Assembly (NCBI RefSeq): GCF_032191835.1
Contig: NC_083224.1
Location: 22,568,001-22,632,000 of the forward strand
DNA: 64,000 bases
Source of the DNA: Heteronotia binoei
Taxonomy: Eukaryota
Reading direction: 5' to 3'
This document shows, in pieces, positions 11,924-23,290 of this stretch; within the stretch, counting starts at the first letter, position 1, and each line of letters opens with the position of its first letter. Under the pieces are notes generated by a model. The model saw only the letters and a list, made by a program, of their open reading frames with translations, did no database searches and was not told the DNA's origin. The position numbers were made by a program, and so were the translations under genes.

Positions 11924-12409
11924 GTAAGAGGAGAGATAAGCCTATTCCTTGCCAAAGAGGGGTCCTCCCTGAAACCCCAGGTCATGAAGAAAGGTCAGTC
12001 AACAAAAGAAGTAACAGCCTTGCTGCCAATATCCCTTTGAGCTACTTTGAACTGAAAAATAAGCTCAGAGATACAGTGGCCCATAAGAAAAGAGAATTAT
12101 GCATTAAGAGCTGGGATTTACTTCAAGAGAGAAATTGTATAGTTGCTTGGAGTACAAAAACAGCTTCAATTCTAAAAGAGCCCTCAAAGAAGTCACAGAG
12201 GTGGGGAGTCAATATTAATGGCCAGAGTCTCAACCAAGGGTCTCTGATGCAGGAGGCTTAATGCACTTTCAAGGTGTATTTTATTGTACACTTCATTGTA
12301 CAGGAGGAGGAAAGCATTGAACCATTTGGAGCATGGGTGGAACTTAAGGGGCTGACTGGACCACCTTGTGTGGATTCTAACAGGATCTCTCTCTCTCTCT
12401 TTATTCCAG

Positions 12410-14547
12410 CAGGGGATGATCAGAGGAATAAGGAACTGCATCATCTATTGCCTGATGAGGTCAAGAAAGTAGATGTGAGCAGAAACGTCAGGATTCAAAG
12501 CAGGCTGAAGAGGCAGAAAGACAGTCAAAGGGTGAAGAATAGAAATAAATCCATTCATTGCCAGAGAGTAGATTTCCAAGAAGAAATTCACATGTTGGAG
12601 GAAACATACAAGTGCTTCGAGTGTGGAATGAATTTCTCAGATCAAACCCAATATACTGTCCATTTGGGAATGCACAGTGGAAAGAAGATCCATCAATGCC
12701 TGGAGTGTGAAAAGGCCACAATTACCAGAGCAGAGTTCCTTCGACATCTAAGATCACATACAGGAGAGGAACCTTCTAGCTGCTCAGACTGTGGTAAGAG
12801 CTTCTCAGAGAAATCAGACCTTGTTCAACACCAAAGAATTCATTCTACAAGAGAGAAGTGTTTAATCTACTCCAAGAGTGGAGTGATATTCTTGGATGGA
12901 AAAGAGGGTAATATGCATTTTTCAAAGCACAGGATAATGAATGCATGTCATTGCTTTCAATGTGGAAAGTACTTCAGATACAAATCACAGTTCCTTGTAC
13001 ACCAAAGGATCCACAGAGCAGGGAAACCTTTTGAATGCTCAGAGTGTGGCAAGACGTTCAGTCAGAGTAGCCAGCTTCAAAGTCATCTCAGAACCCACAC
13101 AGGGGAGAAGCCTTTTGAATGCTCAGAGTGTGAAAAGAGATTCAGGGATAGTAGCAGTCTTCAAAAACATCTAAGAATCCATACAGGGGAGAAGCCTTTT
13201 GAATGTTCAGAGTGTGGCAAGAGATTCAATCAGAGTGGCCAGCTTCAAAGTCATCTCAGAACCCACACAGGGGATAAGCCTTTTGAATGCTCAGAATGTG
13301 GGAAGCGATTCAGTCACAGTGGCCAGCTTAAAAGTCATCTCAGAACCCACACAGGGGAGAAGCCTTTTGAATGCTCACAGTGTGAGAAGAGATTCAGGGA
13401 TAGTAGCAGTCTTCAAAAACATCTAAGAATCCATACTGGGGAAAAGCCTTTTGAATGCACAGAGTGTGGAAAGACATTCAGTCAGAGTGCCAGTCTTCAA
13501 AGTCATCTCAGAACCCACACAGGGGAGAAGCCTTTTGAATGCTCAGAATGTGGGAAGAGATTCAGTCGGAGTGGCCATCTTCAAAGTCATCGAAGAACCC
13601 ACACAGGGGAGAAGCCTTTTGAATGCTCAGAGTGTGGAAAGAGATTCAGTCAGAGTGACTGCCTTCAACAGCATCAAAGAACCCACACAGGGGAGAAGCC
13701 TTTTGAATGTTCAGATTGTGGAAAGAGATTCAGTCACAGTGGCCATCTTCAAAGTCATCTCAGAACCCACACAGGGGAGAAGCCTTTTGAATGCTCAAAG
13801 TGTGGGAAGAGATTCAGTCACAGTGGCCATCTACAAAACCATTTCAGAGCTCACACAGGGGAGAAGCCTTTTGAATGCTCAGAGTGTAGGAAGAAATTCA
13901 GTTACAGTGGGACTCTTCAAAGTCATCTCAGAACCCACACAGGGGAGAAGCATTTTGAATGCTCAGAATGTGGGAAGAGATTCAGTCATAGTAACAGTCT
14001 TCAACAGCATCAAAGAACCCACACAGAGGAGAAGCATTTTGAATGCTCAGAATGTGGGAAGAGATTCAGTCACAGTGGCCATCTTCAACAGCATCAAAGA
14101 ACCCACACAGGGGAGAAGCCTTTTGAATGCTCAGAATGTGGGAAGAGATTTAGTCACAGTGGCCATCTTCAAAGTCATCTGAGAACCCACACAGGGGAGA
14201 AGCCTTTTGAATGCTCAGAGTGTGGAAAGAGATTCAGTCAGAGTGGCCATCTTCGAAGTCATCTCAGAATCCACACAGGGGAGAAGCCTTTTGAATGCTC
14301 AGAGTGTGGGAAGAGATTCAGTCAGAGAGCCAATCTTCAACTGCATCAAAGAATCCACACAGGGGAGAAGCCGGTTGAGTGCTCAGAGTGTGGGAAGAGA
14401 TTCAGTCACAGTGGCCATCTTCAAAGCCATCTCAGAATCCATACAGGAGAGAAGCCTTTTGAATGCTCAGAGTGTAGGAGGAGATTCAGTCATAGTAGCA
14501 GTCTTCAAAAGCATCAAAGAACCCACACAGAGGAGAAGTTTATTTAA
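12410..14547 (+). CDS. Gene A C2H2 zinc-finger exon
   Basis: (ct)n ttattccag| acceptor; 4 N-terminal fingers plus 18 tandem fingers with TGEKPF-type linkers; TAA at 14545-14547. Confidence 0.95.
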
Positions 14548-15664
14548 TGCTCAGTGTGTAGGAAGAGATTAAGTCACAATGGCAATCTTTAATGGCAATT
14601 CAGTCAGCATTCTTATGTTCAGCAACATCTAAGAACAAACACATCAAAAAGCCATGCAACTACTCAGTCTAGGAAGGGATATTGACTTCAGTTGTTACTG
14701 GGGTATGACGCGAATTCTATGGACATTTATTGCAGAATAGAGCTGTGGTCCATCTAGTCCAGCATTCCATCTCACACAGTAGCCAAGCAGTTCCTCTGGA
14801 GGGCAAACAGGGCACAGAGTCCTTCATAAGAACACCAGAAAATCCCTGCTGAAATCAGACCATGCAATAGGACCAGTATATGAGGTGGTGGGGGGGGGGG
14901 GGGGGCTTGGAGAACCACACAATATGCGTGAAAGAATCACTTGTGGCTCCAAACTGCAATTCAAGGCCAAGAAGATTTCTGGGGTTCTCCAGAGTATGAG
15001 CTCCAGTTTGGGAAAGTCCGGGTGGTACAGCCTGGGCAAGGTGGGATTCGGGGATGGGAGAGAACTCAGCAAAGCATAATGCCAGAGAGCAGACCTTCCA
15101 AAGCAGCCATTTTCTCCAGAGGGAACTGATCACTATTGTCTCCACCTGGAGTCTGTCAATGCCAACCCTACCAGAGGGGTCCCCTATGAAGGAGGGCATC
15201 AGGGAGGTGGCAGGGGGAGGACAGGACAATGACTGGATAAAGGGCAGACTTCAACCTGTTTGTAATTGTGAAGGCTTCACTGTTCCAGGCTATTAATCTT
15301 GAGAGGAGAATATTCCCAGCCCTTGAAAAAGATATTTATTTTGAACATGGAAACTCTTCTTGGGCAAAGGGACTTCGGCGCTACCTGCATCCATCTCCTG
15401 GTCATTTTGGGTCCAGTGTTGTTGGAAAATTCTTGTTTCAGGCTATAGCCTCTGTACACCTATGGATTCCTAGAGAAAGACTTCAATTTGTCTCTGTTTT
15501 GGAGTTGCAATTCCTTGTTGTTATAACTTACCTGTGTTGGTTGTTTAGACTTTGTAATGCATAACTATACAGTATTTTTGATGGTTCATTAATATAGAAG
15601 TACCGGTAATTAATGGATTTATATGTTATTGGTATTTGTAGTTGTTCAGCTTTGTTCATTCACT

Positions 15665-15860
15665 GGGGGAGCCCCTGTTTGGCCACACACACCCAAACAA
15701 CACAATCACTGTACCTAACAGCATCCATTACACCATCTCAGGCTCATTCACTTGCTCATCTTCCAGCATTATATATGCCATTAAATGCCAACGATGCCCT
15801 TCAGTTCTCTACATAGGGCAAACAGGACAAACCCTATGCCAAAGGATAAATGAGCATTTT
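15665..15860 (+). mobile_element. Penelope-like GIY-YIG endonuclease fragment
   Basis: FTCSSSSIIYAIKCQRCPSVLYIGQTGQTLCQRINEH matches the PLE GIY-YIG motif. Confidence 0.8.
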
Positions 15861-15861
15861 T

Positions 15862-16565
15862 GGTATTTAATGGCATATATAATGCTGGAAGATGAGCAAG
15901 TGAATAAATCAATGTATAAATTGATGGTGCAGCCTCATTTGGAGTACTGTGTATAATTCTTGTCACCACACCTCAAAAAAGGTATTATAGAATTGGAAAT
16001 GGTGCAGAAAAAGGGCAACTAGAATGATTAAAGGATTGAAACACTTTCCCTATGAAGAAAGATTAAAACACTTGGGGCTTTTTAGCTTGGAGAAATGTTG
16101 ACTGAGGGGGTGACATGAGAGAAGTTTACAAGATTATGCATGGGATAGAGAAGGTAGAGAAAGAGTACTTTTCTCCCTTTTTCACAGTACTAGAACTCAT
16201 GGGCACTCAATGAAATTGCTGAGTAGTTGGGTTAGAACGGATAATAGGAATACTTTTTCACCCAAAGGATGATTAACACATGGAATTCACAGAAGGAGGA
16301 GGTAGTTACAAGCATAGACAGTTTAAAGTGGGGATTGGATAAATATATGGAGCAGAGGTCTATTAGCCACAGCGTATTGTTGGGACTCTCTGTCATAGGC
16401 AGTGATGCTCTGTATTCTTGGTACTTGGAAGGGAACAACAGTGGGAGAGCTAGTGTCCTGGTCCCACTGATGGACCTCCTGATGGTGCCTGGTTTTTGGC
16501 CACTGTGTGACAGAGTGTTGGACTGGACAGGCCATTGGCCTGATCCAACATGGCTTCTCTTATGT
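15862..16565 (+). mobile_element. CR1 LINE 3' end
   Basis: VQPHLEYCV-like RT C-terminus; CR1 3'UTR ending ggcctgatccaacatggcttctcttatg. Confidence 0.8.
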
Positions 16566-17330
16566 AACCTTCCAGGACATTCAATGGGTGACCTCAAAGT
16601 AGCTGTTTTACTGCAAAGGAAGTTGAAAAACAGAATGGAAAGGGAAATTGCAGAATTACAAGTTATTATGAAACTTGGAACAAACAATTCCTGGGGCAAA
16701 ACAGGGATCTTAATTTATTATCTTATTATATAGGCTACCCATTCTCACCCAGAAGAGCTGTACATCTACTGTATCCCAGCTTATTTCTCAATAGTGTATG
16801 GAAATAATGTATTTTTTGTATTGGCATACTGGAATAAGGGATATTGGTTGCTTATCTCATTACATATTCTATTCTCTCCTTTTTGTATTGGCAGACTGGA
16901 ATGATGTTTATAATATTATGCTATATGTTAAAAAGTAAATTAGGTGGACAGAAACACCCCTAAGAAAAAGATGTTATCAGTTTAACCCCTGCTTGAGGAG
17001 AAATAAAGCAGTTAACGGACTCAACCTTTATTACCTTGTGATGATGGACGGTTGCCATCATTCTCCAACTCTGACATGTTTTTTGCCTTTGTTATTTCCC
17101 CACACAACTGATGCTAGCCAGACCAAACTTATGATTCTTTCAATTTGTCAGTTTCACTATTTTGCCATTGGATTCTAACTGTGTACTATTTTTGCATGCT
17201 TAACCACCACCCACTAGCTATATGTAGCACTGCTCACTGTACCCCATTTCATCATCTGATGAAGTGTGCATGCACACAAAAGCTTACATTCTGAATAAAA
17301 CTTTGTTGCTCTTACTGGACTGCAACTTTG
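16566..17330 (+). mobile_element. Penelope-like element 3' portion
   Basis: LPGHSMGDLKVAVLLQRK...ELQVIMKLGT (GIY-YIG C-terminal half); pLTR with ctgatgaagtgtgcatgcacacaaaagcttac. Confidence 0.75.
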
Positions 17331-17869
17331 TTCTAAGTGGGGATATTATGGATGTTTTATCAAATTATGCATGAGTTGGAGAGAGTGGGCAAAAAAGTTT
17401 TTCTCCTTCTCCCAAAATACTAGAACTCAAGGACATCCAAATGCAAATAGTTAAATGGGACCTCCTTCCGGGGTCATACATAGGTAGATCCAGGTGGGCA
17501 GCAACCCTCTTGGTCTGAAGCAACAGGACAAAGCAGGAGTCCAGTAGCGCGTTTTAAGAGGACTTTTTTTGAGCAGGAATGCAGTTTGGGCTGGCTTCAT
17601 GTCAGGGGTGTGGCCTAATATGCAAATGAGTTCCTGCTGGGCTACAGAAAGCCATATGCGAAACAATGGTGCCATCAAGGGGTGTAAGCCTAATATGCAA
17701 ATGAGTTCCTGCTGGGCTTTTCTACCAAAAAAAGCCCTGAAGACCGACAAAGTTTTATTCAGAATGTAAGCTATGATATGCAGGCATACTTCATTAGACA
17801 AAGTCAGACCTCTGAAGAGTCGCTGGGACAGGCAGGGGGAGCAACCAGTCTCCCTGTAAGTCTAGGATG

Positions 17870-18660
17870 CTGGAGGAGATGAAACCCACCATGTCCTGAC
17901 CCAGGAGGACCGATTCTCGGGTGAAACAATGAATTGCAGGATTCCCCAGTCCAGGTCTAGCCCCCACCCCCCTCCAACGGAGTTTCCCAGCCGTTACTCG
18001 GGGGAGGAGGAAGGATGGAGGCCAGGCGAGGGAGGGACTGGGGGGAGCCACTTGCTCAGCCGCATTTGCCTGAGACTGGGGGCTGATCCAGCTTGGGGTT
18101 CCCCCCTCCCCCGTGCGGAGTGACTCCCGAGCAGCCCCATTGAGCTGCATTGTAGGGCGCCGCTGACTGCAGCCGGGATGAATGAAGCCCAGTCCCGCGG
18201 GGGGGGGGGGGGCAGGGAGCTTTTCTCGGAGCTTTTTCTGCAATCTTGAAAGGGTTAAAACAACCGAGCTGTTGGCTAGAGAGGCCGAGAAAGGGAGAGG
18301 GCGGAAGTTGGAAAGAAGACAGGGGAGGGGCTCCAAACACGGAAGAGCGCGGGAAGGTCCCTTCCCAGTCAGTCTTTTCGGTCCCCGCAGAGAGGAATTC
18401 GGCTCCCGCTTCGTCTTCGGGGCAGGGGCCCTTTTAAATCCTTTCCAAAGGTGACGTTCTTCTCTGTGGAGGTTTCCCTCTCTCAGCCCCCGGGGGAGGG
18501 TGGCGTCCGGAGGCGCCTGCCGGCGGTGGGGTGTCTTCAGGGCTTGCAAGGTGGCTGTTTCCCGGGCGGCCTCCGGGGGATCTGGACCCGCCAGGCAGCG
18601 GGTAGGTGAGGGGGGAAGCAGACCAGCATCATCCCTGCATCCCGCCTCCTGGAGGATGTG
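17870..18660 (+). promoter_or_regulatory. GC/CpG-rich promoter and putative first exon of gene B
   Basis: Homologous to 3250-3960; candidate donor AAG|GTGACG at 18450|18451. Confidence 0.6.
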
Positions 18661-20008
18661 AAGGTTTTATCCGAGATGCATTGCTAATTGTTTTATGTTT
18701 GTGACGTTTCTTGTAGTTTTTGTACTGTTTTATCAGGTGCATTTTCTCTACCGAAAGTCACCTTGAGTGCCATTCCGGGGAGAGGGAGCGGGATATCCCT
18801 GCATAAATAGCCACGGTGGGCAGGGTGATCATAATGGGAGGAATCATTCGTGCCGATGGCCTTCCGGAAATAGCAGGCATTTGAGCCAGTGCTCCCCCCT
18901 ATGATGATGGGGGGGGGGGGGCGCGTCTTTTATTTATTTGCTTTAATTATCGAACAAAATTTAAGTCAACCACTACCTTTAAGACAAAGTTTTATTTAAG
19001 CTTTTGTGTGCAAGCGCACTTCAGACTAGTCCAGGTTTTTGCATTTTGTAAGTAAGGAAATATCAGTCTCGACCTGTGCAAGTTTCTTCGTAAGGTTGAT
19101 GGAATTTCATTCCATACAGCTTAATGCCCTTCATGAAGATAGATTCAGGTGGGTAGCTGTGCTTGCACATGAATTTCATGCCCTGATTTTTCAGTCATAA
19201 AAGTGCTGCTGGACTCAAACTTTGTTCAAATCAACTCATCTGTCCACCTGGCTCTACCTTAATTATAGTCTGCCATTTAATGGGACACAATGCAATCAAT
19301 AGGATGGTACTTCCAGTAAACTATGAAATAGAATTTGGGTTGCAGAAATCTGGAAAACAGGATTGAAGGAAAGCATAACTGTTAACATGACCCAATAAAT
19401 AATGCAAAATTACATAGTAAGATACAAATTATAGCAAACTATACCTGGGAATATAGATTCCAATCCCCAATAATTCATCCAAGTAACTTTGTGAATTCAT
19501 TTGTACAGTGCTACCCTATTACCTGGGTAGAGAAGTCCTCTTCAATAATTAAGTCTTGCTTAGTTTGGGGAAAGGCAAACACATCAGCTTGGTCTAGTAG
19601 TTAAGGAGTGGTGGACTCTTAACGGTTAAGCCCTTACCCGTCTCTTTGTCCTGGGCTCCAGTTTACCTTGAGATCTTCCTACTAATAAATCGGAAGCCAA
19701 GCTTATAACACCTCCAACAGATTTTTTTTTTAAAGTAAATACTGGTGGTTTTGTTGCCTGGAAGATCAAACAGGCATATTTTAAAAAGTTTGATATGAAA
19801 TATACCACGGTTATATTAATCCTCATCAACAAACTAGAAAGATACCCTTTCTGATTCACTAGGGTAATCCTTTTGTGATTCTTCACCAGGGTCAGTGATG
19901 TAACTCTTTCTTTTCTTCCTGCCCTTTTGGTATCCTTCCCTCACCCTCTTCACAGCCAAGTGAATAAGAGTGTCTTTCCAGAGTCAGAGACAACCCAAGA
20001 GGAAGGAG

Positions 20009-20431
20009 ATGGAAGAGAAGGACGCTGAGGGCTCTGGAACTGGCAAGGCATCAAGGAAAGGTCCCCATCCCATCCCAGCAGGGAGTGGTGCTGAATTTTG
20101 GGCAAAAACTGTGCCAGAGATCTTGGCTCAGGACACTACGACCGCAGATGTACGCAGCCGATGCTTCCGGCAGTTCTGTTACCAGGAGGCTGATGGGCCC
20201 CGAGAGGTTTGCAGCCAGCTCCATGGACTTTGTAAGGATTGGCTGGAGCCAGAGAGGCACACCAAGAAGGAGATCATGGACCTGGTGATCCTGGAGCAAT
20301 TCCTGGCCATCCTGCCTCAGGAAATGCAGGGCTGGGTGAGAGGATGCGGGCCAGAGACTAGTTGCCAGGCAGTGGTCTTGGCTGAAGGTTTCCTCCTGAG
20401 TCAGGCAGAGGAGAAGAGGCAGCCACAGCAG
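20009..20431 (+). CDS. Gene B SCAN-domain exon
   Basis: SCAN motif; ATG at 20009; donor CAG|GTGAG; 423 coding nt as in A. Confidence 0.93.
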
Positions 20432-20595
20432 GTGAGGGGCTTTCAATCACTCCCTTAAAGCAATGTCCTTATCTTAAGGCTTCCTCCCCGCTATTTCTCA
20501 GTGTATGTGTGTGTTAACTGCCATCAAGTCATTTCCAACTTATGGCAACCCTACAAACATCCTCTCATTAACAGCCTTTTTCAGGTCTTGCAGAC

Positions 20596-21419
20596 TGTTG
20601 CACATAGAGAAGTCCCCTTCTTCCCAAACAAAGGATTTCCCAAACAACAGAGGTACAGAAGAGTTGATGTGCAGATCTCTTTTATTGTTTTCATATTAAT
20701 GTGGGAAGGAAAACAGCCTTTTACACCCCCTTCCTTCATTCTCCTTTGACCTTCCTTTACAGAACATAATCATTTTATACCTTCCTGTAAACAAAGGAAA
20801 TTAAATTGATTGGCTACAAAGTTCTCGCTTCTGGCAATTTGTGGTTTCTCATTGGCTTAAAGAAACCCGTCTCTCTCAGGATGGGGTAATTCCTCAGGGA
20901 GTTCTTTGTTCTCTACTCCCAATCTCCCGTCTTCCTGGCATCTAGCATCTGCACGGAACTTTGTGGTTAGGTGTTACGAAAAGATGTTGCACAAGTTCTT
21001 TGTTTTAGATTTCTGGCTTGGTTCCAGAGAATGTGTCAGTGAGTACTATCTCTACTGTGTGGGTGTGATGGCTTCTTCAGGCTGGGGGGTCCTTCCTGAG
21101 GTAGGGAGAAAAGCTTTCCTTATCAAAGGATGCTAGCTGAACTTTGATAACATTCTCTTGCTAGAGAAATGTGCTTTGTGATATGCAGTGTGCTTCCTTT
21201 CATATCTATTATGCTTAGCAAGGACTCTAATTGAGACCCATTGTCCTTTGTTTCCCAGACTTTAAAGCAAGTCCTGCAAATATAATACTTTGAAGGTAAC
21301 AGTTTAAATGTAACAGTAGTGCAAGGCAGTTAGAGCAAATGAGTTCTGTGATCTGGATTAGGTGGAAATCTATCTGGCACTCTGTCCATGCCCTAGTGAA
21401 TCTGAATCTACATCCTACA
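20596..21419 (-). mobile_element. Solo-LTR-like insertion splitting a BovB fragment
   Basis: TG...CA ends; interrupts the sequence gcagactgagggc that is contiguous in paralogs; minus-strand AATAAA near 20680; TSD not cleanly resolved. Confidence 0.45.
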
Positions 21420-23290
21420 GACTGCGGGCTGTGGCTTCCTTGATTGAATCAATCCATTGAGTGTTTGGTCCACCTCTTTTCCTGCTACCTTCCATCATTG
21501 CCTTTCTCAGTGACTCCTGTCTTCTCATAATGTCCCCAAAATGCGATAGCCTCAGTTGAGTCATTTTAGCTTCCAGGGAGAGTTGAGTATCTGTAGAAAT
21601 ACTAACTCTCCTCCAACACCACAGTGAATCAAGTTTTCTTCCTCCCAGCTTTCTTCCTTGTCCAACTTTCACACCAACACACAGAAATGGGGAATACTAT
21701 GGCATGAATTAACTTGAGCTTGGTCACCAGGGACACATCCTTATACAGAAGAATCTTTTCTAGCTCCTTCCTGGCTGCCTTTACCAGTCTCAGCCTCCTG
21801 ATTTGGTTGAATCTTTTCTAATTGTGGTGAAATTAGCTGAGATTTCTTTATGACAATCCATGTGTCTCCCTTCAAGCATGAAGGTAACAAACAGCATTTT
21901 GTTTTTCTAGTTGGGCTGGGTGCAGTATATTTTAGGTTTCATTGCATTGATGTTGAAGCCAAGGAATAGAAAATCTTCTTGACAAATTTAAGCTTCTTCA
22001 TAAACTTCAATTTCTGTAATTCTCTACTAGTCATTATTTTTGTCTTCCTAGTGTTCAGCTGTAATCTTCCTTTATCATTTTCTGCTTTGGCCATGAGTAA
22101 TTATTTCAAGTCTTCACTGCTTTCTACCAGTAATGTGGTATCATCTGCACATCACAGATTTTTAAGGTTCCTTCCTAGTTTTCACTCCATCTTCATCTAA
22201 ATGTAATCCAGCTTTCCTTATGCTATGTTCTGCATATAAATTGAAGAGACAGGGAAATAAAACACATTCTAGTCTGGCAAACTTTCCAGTTGGAACTCCT
22301 TGTTGTGAAATGTTGAGCATCACTTGACTTGCATGAGGAATTAATGCAATGGTTCGATAGTTGCTATAGTCTTTCCCATCTCCATTTTGCGAAATTGGAA
22401 AGTAAAGTGAGTGTTTCCAGTCTGTGGATCATTGTTTTGTTTCCCTCTTTCTTAGCAGATTCTTCTTAAGAATTTGATGGTCTCCTTTTCTATGGATCTA
22501 CTGATATCCCATCTACTCCTGGTGATTTGTTTCTCCCATTGTTCTCAGTGCAGCTTTACTTTCTAAAACTTTACCCTGTTGTTTGAAAGATTCTTTTAAA
22601 AAGAAATTTGTCCTCCTTTCATCTCTTTTTTATAATGCTTCATTGTTCCAGGTTACTGCAGCCCTGGTGATGAAGTCAGGGATGAGGAGTCTGGGAGTGG
22701 GTCAGGATCCATCTCCCCCCCCACCCTTCCTTCTTTACTTCCTCCATTCTGTTCCTTTACTCCTCTCCCTTGCTGTCCCTTCAGATGTGGGGAAGATCCA
22801 TAAATGTGACAAACAGCATTTTTTCTCTTTTAGTTGGGGTGGGGTGCAGTGTATTTCAAGTTTTGTTGCATTCATGTTTGAGCCCAGGAATAGAAAATCT
22901 TGAAGAATTTAAATTTCTTCATCATCAACCTTCAATTTCTGTAATTCTCCACTAGTCATTACTTTTGTCTTCCTGAGGGTCACCTGTAATCTTCCTTTAG
23001 CATTTTTTGCTTTAGCCTTTATTAGTAATTATTTCAAGTCTTCACTACTTCCTGCCAGTAATGTCATCTGCATATCTCAGACTGTTAATATTCCTTCCTA
23101 CCATTTTCACTCCACCTTCATCTAAATATAATTCAGATTTCCTTATTATATATTCTGCATGTAGATCTATTTCTCCATATTCTAACAGTGGCCTCTTGCC
23201 CAGAGTACATGTTGCACATCAGAACAATCGGATCTTGTGGCACATCCATTTCTTTAAAAAACAACCATACCCTTTCTTCATCCCCACAGT
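21420..23290 (-). mobile_element. RTE-BovB fragments, partly tandem-duplicated (~920-bp unit)
   Basis: aacagcattttg...ggaatagaaaatc occurs at ~21890 and ~22812; antisense YADD motif. Confidence 0.7.

Larger units (their letters stand above)
5094..14547 (+). other. Gene A: SCAN-KRAB-C2H2 zinc-finger gene (ZKSCAN-like architecture), predicted 999 aa, 22 intact fingers
   Basis: Join 5094-5516, 7023-7137, 8127-8197, 8380-8506, 11798-11923, 12410-14547 = 3000 nt, open, all introns GT-AG and phase-compatible. Confidence 0.85.

Noticed and set aside
12941-14572. Shifted-frame ORFs with [10 protein letters not shown] repeats (also at 29821-31794 and 45693-46136)
   Set aside because: A by-product of the 84-bp finger repeat: the shifted frame of CCT TTT GAA TGC is naturally open and is broken wherever stops arise. 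There is no independent coding evidence.
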